Below, one piece after another: positions 36,995 to 45,999 of a stretch of DNA of 64,000 bases. Source of the DNA: Planctomycetota bacterium. GTDB taxonomy: Bacteria > Planctomycetota > JAJSAM01 > JAJVHW01. The first letter of the stretch is position 1, and every line of letters starts with the position of its first letter. The stretch is from NCBI GenBank assembly GCA_965248445.1, contig CBDFJG010000003.1, positions 224,001 through 288,000 of the forward strand. Direction: 5' to 3'. The position numbers and the translations under genes were made by a program. The notes under the pieces were generated by a model. It saw nothing but the letters and a program-made list of their open reading frames with translations, searched no databases and was not told the DNA's origin.

Positions 36995-39076
36995 ATGCAA
37001 CGCCCCGCCAGTACCAAGACCCGCAAGACCTGGTTCCTGATTCGCACCCCGCTGATGCTCACGCTGGCTACCGCCGCGATGCTCTGCGGCGACGTGTTCT
37101 ACGCAGACCAGGCGTTCGCCGAGTCGGGCGGTAGCCGTCTCTACGGCAACTACCGCGGTCCGGAAGATGCGCAGGCGGCCGACCAGACCGTCGAAGAGGA
37201 CACAACCGAGACCGAGGGTCCCGAGGACACCGGCCCGTCAGCGGGCGGCAGTGGTGACGACGGGGGCGGCATCGGCGCAGGCGGCGAGGGTGAGGGCGAA
37301 GGCGAGGGTGAAGGCGAAGGCGAAGGCGAAGGCGAGGGCGAGGGCGAGGGCGAGGGCGGCGGTGAAGGCGGCGCTGATCTCGGCGGCGCGGGCGGCGGCG
37401 GTGAAGGCGCCAGCGCCGGCACCGGTGAGACTCCGGGCGCGGGCGGCGGCATCGGCGGCGGCGGGTTCGGCGGCGGTCGCTCCGCGTCCGCCGCGACCGA
37501 GCGCTTCGAAGTCGTCTCCTGGTACTGGGAGCACAACCGCGAAGAGGCGATGGCCAACCTGGTCGCAGAGCAGGGACGGCGCGTCGATCTTCCCGACGCA
37601 TCGGCGGTGAGGGTGTTCGGCATCATGCCGGAGGACGAACGTCTTCGCAGCGCGATCACGCCCGAAGACCGCGAGCGCATCTTCGACGTGCTGAAGAGCG
37701 CGACGATCGACAAGCAGGGCATGGTCCGCGACACCGCGGTCATCGCGCTCGGTAAGCTTGGCGGCCCCAAGGCCGTCGACGTGCTACTCGAGCGGTTGTC
37801 CCTCGAGACGAACCTCGCAGTCAAGCAGGACACACTGCTCGCGCTCGGTCTCACCCGTTCGCCCGACGTCGTGGACGCTCTGATCGAGAAGCTCGGACAG
37901 CGCAACCTGAACGCGTTCGCCGCGCTCGCACTTGGCCTGACCGGTGACCTCGAGAAGGCCGCGCCCGCGCTCCTCGAGAGCTACCGTGAGATGAAGAAGC
38001 ACAAGGGGCGTGACCGCGAGAAGGCCTGTCACGCCATCGCCCTCGGCGCATTGCGCTACGAAGACGCCGTCCCGGATCTCTCGGCGGCAGTCAAGTCGAA
38101 GGCCTCGGCTCGCATCGTGCAGGTCTACTCGGCCCACGCACTGGGTCGGATCGGCAACGACGCGGCGCAGAAGGCGCTCACCAAGGCGCTCAGCAGCGTG
38201 AAGAATCTGCAGACGAAGCGCCAGGCCGCACTGTCGCTCGGGGACTTCCCCAACACCGACGCCGCAAAGGCCCTGTCAGGCAAGAACGGCATCAAGAACA
38301 GCGCGGACCAACTGGGCGCCGGCTTCGCCGCGGTCAGCCTCGGCCGCGTGCTGGCCGCCATGCCGGAGTCCGATTGGGGTAAGCACCCCGCCTTGCTGCG
38401 TGCGGTCGCGCTCGCGCCGCAGAAGAGCAAGATCAAGGCGCAGTACGCGAACCTCGGACTCGCGCTCTTCGAGGGCATCGACAACGAGGTGCGGAAGTTC
38501 TACACCGAGGAACTCGAGGACCGCTCCCGCGACGCGGAGACGCTCTCCGCGTTCTGCATGTCCGCCGGACTCGCGCGCGAAGGCGGCGTCGGACCGATGC
38601 TCGCCGAGATCGCCTCGGCATCCGCAAGCGACCCGAAGCTGGGTTCGTACGCGGCGATGGCGCTCGGCATGATCCCCGGCACGCCGGCCGAACAGGCGCA
38701 GGAACTGCGCAAGATCTACACCGACGTGGACCGCGCCGACGTGCAGCGCGGCGCGGTGGTGGCGCTCGGACTGGTGGGCGATCGCAAGGACGTCCCCTTC
38801 CTGATCAAGGTGATCTCGACCGCAGACGACAACTGGCTCTCGCGCTACACGCGGGGAGCAGCGGTCGTGGCTCTCGGGCGGATCCGCGATGGCGAGAGCG
38901 TTGCGAAACTGCAGGCGCTCCTGTCGAGCCAGAGCAAGGAGACGCGCGCGTTCGCGGTCGCCGCACTGGGCTACCTCGGCGACAAGGACCGCCGGCCGGT
39001 GTTGTCGCAGCTCGTGTCGCACAACAACTTCCGAGAAGAGTTCGACGTGGTGAAGGTCGTCCTCGGCCACCTGTAA
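36995..39076 (+). CDS. Secreted HEAT-repeat protein with a Gly/Glu low-complexity linker
   Basis: Signal ending AFA, repeated (A/V)xALGxxG helices; GGAGG RBS. Confidence 0.85.
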   Translation: MQRPASTKTRKTWFLIRTPLMLTLATAAMLCGDVFYADQAFAESGGSRLYGNYRGPEDAQAADQTVEEDTTETEGPEDTGPSAGGSGDDGGGIGAGGEGEGEGEGEGEGEGEGEGEGEGEGGGEGGADLGGAGGGGEGASAGTGETPGAGGGIGGGGFGGGRSASAATERFEVVSWYWEHNREEAMANLVAEQGRRVDLPDASAVRVFGIMPEDERLRSAITPEDRERIFDVLKSATIDKQGMVRDTAVIALGKLGGPKAVDVLLERLSLETNLAVKQDTLLALGLTRSPDVVDALIEKLGQRNLNAFAALALGLTGDLEKAAPALLESYREMKKHKGRDREKACHAIALGALRYEDAVPDLSAAVKSKASARIVQVYSAHALGRIGNDAAQKALTKALSSVKNLQTKRQAALSLGDFPNTDAAKALSGKNGIKNSADQLGAGFAAVSLGRVLAAMPESDWGKHPALLRAVALAPQKSKIKAQYANLGLALFEGIDNEVRKFYTEELEDRSRDAETLSAFCMSAGLAREGGVGPMLAEIASASASDPKLGSYAAMALGMIPGTPAEQAQELRKIYTDVDRADVQRGAVVALGLVGDRKDVPFLIKVISTADDNWLSRYTRGAAVVALGRIRDGESVAKLQALLSSQSKETRAFAVAALGYLGDKDRRPVLSQLVSHNNFREEFDVVKVVLGHL
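37283..37357 (+). repeat. In-frame (GGYGAR)n hexamer repeat encoding (Gly-Glu)~12
   Basis: GGCGAG/GGTGAG/GGCGAA/GGTGAA units. Confidence 0.9.
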
Positions 39077-39102
39077 CCGCCCTGATCGAGTCAACAATCA
39101 GA

Positions 39103-39138
39103 AGCGGAGGCCGCGGCGAGCACGCCGCGGCCTCCGCT
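39103..39138. terminator. Probable bidirectional terminator hairpin between convergent genes
   Basis: Perfect 16-bp stem AGCGGAGGCCGCGGCG-AGCA-CGCCGCGGCCTCCGCT. Confidence 0.65.
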
Positions 39139-39187
39139 GATTCATGCGCCCAGGGCCGTCTCATGCGGGCCGTCGCTACGGGCTTCG

Positions 39188-39631
39188 TTACGGTCCGGGG
39201 CGGCAGGTCTGGCACGGGAGGAACCCGGCGTCGAGCGCGTCGTAGGCCGTCTCAAACGGCCGTGTCGTACCCGTCGCGAGCGTGCAGCCGGCCTTGTGGT
39301 ACTCGCCGGTCGAGCTCGTCACGTGCACCGAGTCCTTGTGGGTGGGCACCGGCGGCGGGACGTCCACCGAGGGAGTCTCGCGCATGTCCGGTCCCGGTCC
39401 CGGCCGCTTGCCGGGCTCAACCGGATCACCGTGTTGGTCCACGGCGGGATGCTCCCCCGGTCGAGGCAGCGGGTTGCCGCTTCTCTCGACCGGCTCGTCC
39501 CGGCGGTCTCCGTAGGGCAGCGGGCCGGTATCCTCGTACGTGATCTCGCAACCGACGAGCGTCATAGCGAGGACGGCCGCGATGACCGGTGTGGACCGGC
39601 GGCGCGGCGCGGGGGACTGCGGAGTCGACAT
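39188..39631 (-). CDS. Lipoprotein with Ada-like metal-binding C-terminal domain
   Basis: Lipobox LVGC; TGEYHKAGC..ALDAGFLPCQTCRP. Confidence 0.75.
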   Translation of the reverse strand: MSTPQSPAPRRRSTPVIAAVLAMTLVGCEITYEDTGPLPYGDRRDEPVERSGNPLPRPGEHPAVDQHGDPVEPGKRPGPGPDMRETPSVDVPPPVPTHKDSVHVTSSTGEYHKAGCTLATGTTRPFETAYDALDAGFLPCQTCRPGP

Positions 39632-40019
39632 GGAGCTTTTCTACCACGCCAGTCGCGACATCGAGCTGCCGCGCTCCGGTCGGCGGGTCCGCTTCCAGCC
39701 CGGACCGCGAGCCTGCGAGGCATGCGGCGCGCAGCTGGAGGGCGGAGAGCCCTCAGAGGGCGGCACCTACGGTCTGTCGTTCTGCAACGAGTGTCGCGAT
39801 AGCCTCGACAGGAGCGCGATCCAGATCCACTTCTGCGATGGCTGTGGCGTCTCAATCCCGCTCTACGCCGTCGAGGGAGGGGCGGCGCTGGCCGGCGACG
39901 GGCGCATTCTCTGCCTGCCCTGCCGCGCGCCGGAGCGGCCGCGGCAGACGCTGTGGTGGCTTGTCTTCACGGCTGCCGCGGCTCTCCTGGCCGGCCTGGC
40001 TGCGGCGCTGCTCTTGTGA
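39630..40019 (+). CDS. Zinc-finger protein with C-terminal TM
   Basis: Four CxxC motifs (CEAC, CNEC, CDGC, CLPC); GGAG RBS. Confidence 0.7.
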   Translation: MELFYHASRDIELPRSGRRVRFQPGPRACEACGAQLEGGEPSEGGTYGLSFCNECRDSLDRSAIQIHFCDGCGVSIPLYAVEGGAALAGDGRILCLPCRAPERPRQTLWWLVFTAAAALLAGLAAALLL

Positions 40020-40199
40020 GAGGGGTGGGGCCGAGGAGCGCCGTGGTCGCGGCGGGGTACGCTGCCTCGGGGCGGTCCCAAAGCGGAGGCTCCGCGGGCT
40101 CATCAGAATGTGGGACGGCACAGTGAGACACGTACTCAGGCAGGTGCCGGGCCGAGCGACTCCGGGTCGCGCCGGCCACTCTCTACGGGAGAACTGCAG

Positions 40200-42260
40200 G
40201 TGAACCTCAGGTCGCTGAAGCTGGTCAACTTCCGCGGAGTCCGCGAGTTGACGGTCCGCGATCTGCCGCGCGACGGCATCGTGCGGGTCGACGTTCCCGA
40301 GGACGCAGAGCCCGGTGCACTCGCCGACGCGGTGCGTTTCGCGCTGACCGGAAGCGATCCCGAGGGCGGCCCGCCGATGGCCCGCGGCGAGGGCTTCGCG
40401 TACGTCGAGGCCGGGTTGCGACTCCCCGGTGACGCACGCGCCTCCGTGTTCCGCGGAGTCGATCGCCGTGGCAAGGGCCAGGCGTCGCTGCGGGAAGCCG
40501 GCGGCCAGCGAGTGACGGGCGGATCCGATGGCGTCGCGTCGCGGCTCTCGGAGCTGACCGGAGGCGATCCGCAGCGCTTCGCACGTGCGGCGGTCATCGA
40601 CACAAGTGGCGGCACGTCGCCCGCGCGGACCGCCAGATCGGGCGGATCGGGCGGAATGAGCGGAATGAGCGGGACGACACGATCTACCGACTCCATGGCC
40701 ACCGACTCCATGGCCACGGGCCCCATGGCCGCCGGACCGGTTGCGAGTGTGGTTGCCGATCCGGTTGCCGACGCAAAACTCCGCGTAGAGCGCGCCGTCA
40801 CGGACCTGACGCGGTCGCTTCGTGCCGAGCGCCTGCGCAGCCTGGCCGGCGCCTCTCACGAGGATCTCGTCGCCGCCGCGGGGCGGCTCCGACGCGAGCG
40901 AGAGGTCCTGTCGCAGCAGATCGACGGGCTGCACGCCGAGCGGGCCCGCGTCCGCGCGCGGCTGCCGCGACTGGAGGAGTACCGCCGCCTCGCGCAGCCG
41001 GACACCGGCCGCCTCAGCACCGGGAGCGGCGCGGAGCGGAGGGACGGCGCGCCCCCTCGCGCGAACGGCGCGCTCGAGTGGTGTCTCGCAGTGATTGCGC
41101 TCGCGCTCTTCGGACTCCTCGCGTTCGTGACGGCGTCGGAGAACACCGCGTTCGAAGACCATCGCTTGCGCGCGTTCGTCGGCATGGCCTTCGTCGCCTC
41201 CGCCGCCAGCTTCATGGGAGTCGCCTCGGCCCGTCATCGTCACGGCGGGCGTTATACGGCGGGGCTCGCGCAGCCCGCCGAGCCCGCCCGGGCCGAGATC
41301 GGAACGCTGACCGGCGCTGCGGCTGCTACGCATGCTGCGATCGCGGCGGGCGGCCCGGAGCGCGCCGAACACCGCGATGCCCTTCGCAGCCGGTTCTCCG
41401 ATCTCGGCAATCCGGACGACCCCGCCCTGCCCGGCCGGCTTCGGGACGACCTCGCCGCCCTCGATCAGGAGCTATCTCCTCTGCACGATCGCATGGAGTC
41501 GCTGGACGACGGCCTCGCCGTCGCGGAGGTCGAGATCGGGCGCTCCGCTCGCGCGTTGCACACGCCACTACCGCCGAAGGAACTCCCGGCAGCGGGCCTC
41601 GCGGACGGCGAGTCCGTGCGCGATGCAGTTGACCGTGCGCGCGAGATGGGGGATCTGGTGTTCAAAGCGTGCGTCGAGCGCGACGCGCTCCTCGCGGACA
41701 CAGCGCCGGACACGGCGACTGCGAAGCGGCACGCCGTCGATGCGCTGACCGCCCTCGGAGCAGCGACCGGTCGGGACGCTGATCTGGTGTTCGCCCGTGA
41801 GCGCATCGCGAGCGCGCACACCGAGGCGATCGCGCACGCGGCGGAGGACGAACTCGCCGCCACCGTGCTGGCCGATGTCGCCCGGGCGTCGTCCGGCGGT
41901 GCCGCGCACCGGGATCCCGTCGCGCACCCGGCTCCCGTCGCGCGGCCCTCAGGCGATGCGGGCCTCGCCCGCGTCGTGTCCGCCGTCACGCGAGGGGCGT
42001 ACAACGGCATCGATCACGGAGACGGCGAGCCGGTGCTGCTGCGCAGCGACGGAGGTCGGGACGCCCTCGACGCCGTCGGGCCCAGTCTGCGCGCCCGTGT
42101 CATGCTGGCCTGTCGCATCGTGGAGAGCGGTGCGGACGGTCAGCGTCCCGGGTTCCTGGTGCTCGAGAGGGCTCCGGATCTGCTGGCCGACGAGGACCTG
42201 CTCGACGTCGTGCGCGCGGCAGCGCCCGACGTCTCGCAGATCCTCGTTCCGTCCCGTTGA
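40200..42260 (+). CDS. SbcC/YhaN (SMC-like) family protein with degenerate ATPase motifs and two central TM helices
   Basis: LRSLKLVNFRGVRELTV..AVRFALTG head, coiled coil, VSAVTRGAYNGI..RVMLACRI..FLVLE..QILV tail. Confidence 0.65.
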   Translation: MNLRSLKLVNFRGVRELTVRDLPRDGIVRVDVPEDAEPGALADAVRFALTGSDPEGGPPMARGEGFAYVEAGLRLPGDARASVFRGVDRRGKGQASLREAGGQRVTGGSDGVASRLSELTGGDPQRFARAAVIDTSGGTSPARTARSGGSGGMSGMSGTTRSTDSMATDSMATGPMAAGPVASVVADPVADAKLRVERAVTDLTRSLRAERLRSLAGASHEDLVAAAGRLRREREVLSQQIDGLHAERARVRARLPRLEEYRRLAQPDTGRLSTGSGAERRDGAPPRANGALEWCLAVIALALFGLLAFVTASENTAFEDHRLRAFVGMAFVASAASFMGVASARHRHGGRYTAGLAQPAEPARAEIGTLTGAAAATHAAIAAGGPERAEHRDALRSRFSDLGNPDDPALPGRLRDDLAALDQELSPLHDRMESLDDGLAVAEVEIGRSARALHTPLPPKELPAAGLADGESVRDAVDRAREMGDLVFKACVERDALLADTAPDTATAKRHAVDALTALGAATGRDADLVFARERIASAHTEAIAHAAEDELAATVLADVARASSGGAAHRDPVAHPAPVARPSGDAGLARVVSAVTRGAYNGIDHGDGEPVLLRSDGGRDALDAVGPSLRARVMLACRIVESGADGQRPGFLVLERAPDLLADEDLLDVVRAAAPDVSQILVPSR

Positions 42261-42405
42261 CGGACACCCGCGGTGATCGGCGGGTGACTGGGGGGCAGCA
42301 CCGTCGGCAGCACCCCCCGGTCAGTCGTCGACACCGACCTCCCGTTTTCCGAAACGCGCGCTGACGCTCCGGTCACACTCTCCCTTCCAGCAGAATCCAC
42401 CGCCC

Positions 42406-43821
42406 GTGTATCCCATCTTCCTCTCGCTCCGGTTCGTGCAGCGTCACTGGCTCATGACGCTGATCGGTGCGTTCTTCGTCGGCGCCAGCCTCGTCGTCCT
42501 GATCCTCGTGATGGCCGTCATGGACGGCTTCCAGTCGCAACTGAAGGCGACGTACGTCGGCTCGACGGCCGACCTGATCGTGACGCCGCGCTTCGAGGCC
42601 GATCTCGACCAGCTCGCCGTCGCGATGAAGGGCCGCTTCCCGGACTCCATCGCTGCGACCGCTCCGCACTACGAGACGATCACGATGGTGCGCCGCTCGG
42701 GTGACGTCGACCGCTCGATCATGGACGAGTTCCAGGTCGGGCGGGTCTTCGGGATCGACGGGATCCGCGAGCAACAGGTCAACAGCTTCGGGCAGTACAT
42801 CACGACCAAGGACTCGAAGTCGAAAGAGCGGCTCGTACCTCAGGTCGACCTGACGAAGCCGTTCGACGTGTGGGATCCGGATCTAGCTGTGATGGGGTTC
42901 CACGGTGTGATCCTCGGCCATGACCTGATGCGCGAACTGCACGTGCTTCCCGGCCAGAAGGTGAAGCTGTTCTCCCTGCGTCAGCACGAAGCCGATCCCG
43001 CCGGGAATGGCGGCAACGTGGCTCTCGACGACTTCGAACTGAAGCAGGAGCTCTTCGTCGTCGTCGGCATCTACAAGAGCGGCAACAGCGAGATCGATGG
43101 CCGCAGCGTGTTCATGTCGCACGAGAAGTTCGACAGCTTCTTCAACGCGCGGACGTCCCGCCGGGCCGTGCGGGCGCGGCTGCGGCGTGGCGACAATGAC
43201 TTCCCTGAGATCGAAGAGGTGTTCCAGAGCGAGTGGCGCGAGTTCTTTCACAAGAGCCTCCCGCAGGGAGTGCGCGCGCCGCCCGCGATCGCGAATCCCG
43301 ACACGCCCATGATCGCCGCGTTCCGCGTCGAGCCGTGGTGGGCTCAGTACCTCCACCTCGTGCTCGCGATCCAGAGCGAGAAGCGGATGATCCTCGTCAT
43401 CGCGTTCCTCATCGTGCTCGCGGGCACGTCCTCGATCTTCGCCGCGCAGTGGTTGCTCGTCTCCGACAAGGTCCGCGAGATCGGAATCCTCCGGTCACTC
43501 GGTGCCGGCGTGAAGGGTGTCGCGGCGACGTTCATCCTGAACGGCTTCTTGATGGGTGTGCTCGGCGCGGTCGGCGGCACGCTGGGCGGTCTTCTCGTAG
43601 TGCGCCACATCGACACGATCCACGACTGGATCTCGGCGCTCACCGGCCAGGAGGTCTTCGACTCGAAGATCTACCTCTTCGAGAAGATCCCGACGGAGGT
43701 CGATCCGCAGCAGGTCACGATGTTCGCGACGGCGGCGCTCGTGTGCACGCTGATCGCCGCCGCGATCCCGGCGCTGCGGGCGGGCCTGATGGACCCCGCC
43801 AGGGCTCTGCACCATGAGTGA
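42406..43821 (+). CDS. Lipoprotein-releasing ABC permease LolC/E
   Basis: LILVMAVMDGFQ, EKRMILVI, DKVREIGILRSLGA, IYLFEKIP, IPALRAGLMDPARALHHE. Confidence 0.9.
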   Translation: MYPIFLSLRFVQRHWLMTLIGAFFVGASLVVLILVMAVMDGFQSQLKATYVGSTADLIVTPRFEADLDQLAVAMKGRFPDSIAATAPHYETITMVRRSGDVDRSIMDEFQVGRVFGIDGIREQQVNSFGQYITTKDSKSKERLVPQVDLTKPFDVWDPDLAVMGFHGVILGHDLMRELHVLPGQKVKLFSLRQHEADPAGNGGNVALDDFELKQELFVVVGIYKSGNSEIDGRSVFMSHEKFDSFFNARTSRRAVRARLRRGDNDFPEIEEVFQSEWREFFHKSLPQGVRAPPAIANPDTPMIAAFRVEPWWAQYLHLVLAIQSEKRMILVIAFLIVLAGTSSIFAAQWLLVSDKVREIGILRSLGAGVKGVAATFILNGFLMGVLGAVGGTLGGLLVVRHIDTIHDWISALTGQEVFDSKIYLFEKIPTEVDPQQVTMFATAALVCTLIAAAIPALRAGLMDPARALHHE

Positions 43822-44549
43822 GCAGCATGAGTAAGAGCCAGAAGAACGACGTCGTGCTGTTCGCCGAGGAGGTGCGCCGTTCGTTCCGCATGGGCCGGGT
43901 GGAGATCGAGGTGCTCCAGGGCCTCGGCCTGACCCTGCGCCGCGGCGACAAGGTCAGCGTCGTGGGCACGTCGGGCTCGGGGAAGACCACGATGATCAAC
44001 GTCCTGGGACTGCTCGACCGGCCCCAGCGGGGTCGCGTGGAACTTCTCGGTCAGGACGCGCTGGCGGCTTCGCGCAAGCGGCGCAACGCGCTGCGCAACC
44101 GCGGGATCGGCTTCGTCTTCCAGTTTTATCACCTCGTCCACGAGCTCACCGCGATCGAGAACGTCTGGCTCCCCGCGATGATCGGGGGCAAGTGGCTGGG
44201 CCGCCGGGCGGACATGAAGCGGCGGGCGGCCGAGCTGCTGGAGCGCGTGGGGCTCGAGGATCGCGCGAAGCACCGGCCTCAGGAGCTCTCGGGCGGGGAG
44301 CGGCAGCGGGTCGCGATCGCCCGCGCGCTCATCAACAAGCCGGCCGTCCTGTTCTGCGATGAGCCGACGGGCAACCTGGACCCGCGCACGAGCCGGGGTG
44401 TCCAGGAGTTGCTCCTGGGACTCGATAGCAAGGAGCGCGCCATGCTGCTCGTGACGCACGACGAGCGCCTGGCCGCAAGAACCGGTCGCGTCTATCGTCT
44501 GAGGGACGGGACGCTCGAAGTTGATCCCGCAGTCGGAGGTGCCGCGTGA
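43818..44549 (+). CDS. lolD: Lipoprotein-releasing ABC ATP-binding protein LolD
   Basis: GTSGSGKT, IGFVFQFYHL, ELSGGERQRVAIARAL, CDEPTGNLD. Confidence 0.9.
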   Translation: MSSMSKSQKNDVVLFAEEVRRSFRMGRVEIEVLQGLGLTLRRGDKVSVVGTSGSGKTTMINVLGLLDRPQRGRVELLGQDALAASRKRRNALRNRGIGFVFQFYHLVHELTAIENVWLPAMIGGKWLGRRADMKRRAAELLERVGLEDRAKHRPQELSGGERQRVAIARALINKPAVLFCDEPTGNLDPRTSRGVQELLLGLDSKERAMLLVTHDERLAARTGRVYRLRDGTLEVDPAVGGAA

Positions 44550-44848
44550 GTCCGTCCACACGTTCGCTACTCGCAGGGGCATTGCTCGCTGCCGTTACCC
44601 TCTTGCCCGCCTGCCGTTGCGACGGCGGAGTCGGCCGCAAGTGGCGCGGTAGGTCGCTCGACTTCACGATGTCGCAGCTCGGTCGGCGCACGTGCGACGA
44701 CACGTCCGCGTTCGCCGCGCATCTCGGCAACGCGGGCGAGTTGTTCACACCGGACATCCAGTCGTCCGGAATCGAGATCTCGCGGACGATCAACCTGTAC
44801 ACGACGGGCAAAGCCGAGGCGTGCTGGTGTCCCGCGCCGGCCGAATAG
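44546..44848 (+). CDS. Small lipoprotein
   Basis: Lipobox LPAC; GTGA overlap with lolD. Confidence 0.6.
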   Translation: MSPSTRSLLAGALLAAVTLLPACRCDGGVGRKWRGRSLDFTMSQLGRRTCDDTSAFAAHLGNAGELFTPDIQSSGIEISRTINLYTTGKAEACWCPAPAE

Positions 44849-45038
44849 CGCGCGCGGCTTAGTCCGGAATCATTCCGCCCACGCATGAATTCGTGAGCGA
44901 AGACGTGCCCAAATGTCGTGCAGGGAACGCGATACTCTCGGTGTGCCGGGGTTGGGGACGACCCCCCCGTAAAATGACTCGCCGCGAACACTCCACATCA
45001 CATTCCCCTTTTCTCTACCGGCAGTCGTGTTCCTCGGC

Positions 45039-45076
45039 ACACCACCCCGCGCAACTTTTGTTGCGCGGGGTGGTGT
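45039..45076. terminator. Perfect 17-bp stem hairpin (terminator or ncRNA element)
   Basis: ACACCACCCCGCGCAAC-TTTT-GTTGCGCGGGGTGGTGT. Confidence 0.6.
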
Positions 45077-45223
45077 CGTCTCTGAGTTCGCCTTCTGACG
45101 AAGTCGAGACCGGCCCGCAGTTGCGCAGCGGGGGGGGGTGTCGTTTTCTGGCTCGTCTTCTGACGAACACGATGCCGGGCCGCACGCGTCCGCGCGCGGC
45201 AGCCGCACACCGATTCTGTCGGT

Positions 45224-45763
45224 GTGACTGCAGAGGGCGACGGGACTCGCACTGCGAAGCGGACGCCGTCGGTTGCGTTCAACGACGCTGCGACGGCGAG
45301 CGCACTGCGACGTGAACGCCATGTGCAGCCGGTGTGGTCGTTGACCTCCACTGCGCAGCTGTCGTCTGAGTCGCCCCGGCCGTCCCGGCGTTCGCTTGCA
45401 GTGCGGCGGAGCTTTGGTGTGGCGCTGACGGCGCTTGTTGTGCTGCTGCTGGCGGCGTTCGTCGCGTGGCCGGACTCGCCGGGTGTGTGCGAGCGTTGCG
45501 AACGCGTGGTAGCGGTTCGCTCCGGTTTCCGCGACGCGCGGCACTCGATAACCGGCTCTGACGCTTTGGAGTGGCACAAGAAGTACACTGCGAACACCGC
45601 GACGTACGTCGCGCTCAAGAGGGCTGCCGGAGTCTGTTCGTGTCCCCGCCGGGACAGCAGCTTCACGGTGACCGCGTTGCGCGGACATGTCGATCCGGCG
45701 ATCACCGTTCAGCGCGGGGCCGCGGCACTGCAGCGCGCGCTGAACTCCGCCGGCGTCAAGTGA
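45224..45763 (+). CDS. Hypothetical membrane-anchored protein (start uncertain)
   Basis: TM helix followed by CERC..CSC domain. Confidence 0.5.
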   Translation: MTAEGDGTRTAKRTPSVAFNDAATASALRRERHVQPVWSLTSTAQLSSESPRPSRRSLAVRRSFGVALTALVVLLLAAFVAWPDSPGVCERCERVVAVRSGFRDARHSITGSDALEWHKKYTANTATYVALKRAAGVCSCPRRDSSFTVTALRGHVDPAITVQRGAAALQRALNSAGVK

Positions 45764-45927
45764 CCGGGTCCCCGGTGTTCACGACGGCGCGAGTCGTCCG
45801 TCGAAGCCACGCCAGCCTTCCGCCGATGAAGGGGATGTGAACCTGAGGGAGGGGGACTGGCCCCTCCCCGTACGTGTCCTACACTTCCGGCCGGGCCTGC
45901 TGTAGGCGCCGTAACAAGGAGAGTCCT

Positions 45928-45999
45928 ATGCGTTTGCTCATCGCGCTCGTCTCGCTGCTCGCTCTGTCCGCATGCTGCACTGGGTGCTGCACGGGCTGA
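45928..45999 (+). CDS. 23-aa Cys-rich lipopeptide MRLLIALVSLLALSACCTGCCTG
   Basis: AAGGAG RBS, signal peptide II with lipobox LSAC; below the ORF-track cutoff. Confidence 0.6.
   Translation: MRLLIALVSLLALSACCTGCCTG

Noticed and set aside
45841..45870. Possible isolated IS1595 end (ACCTGAGGGAGGGGG..CCCC)
   Set aside because: The match to the TIR is weak. It is better explained as a short GGAGGGG/CCCCTCC hairpin.
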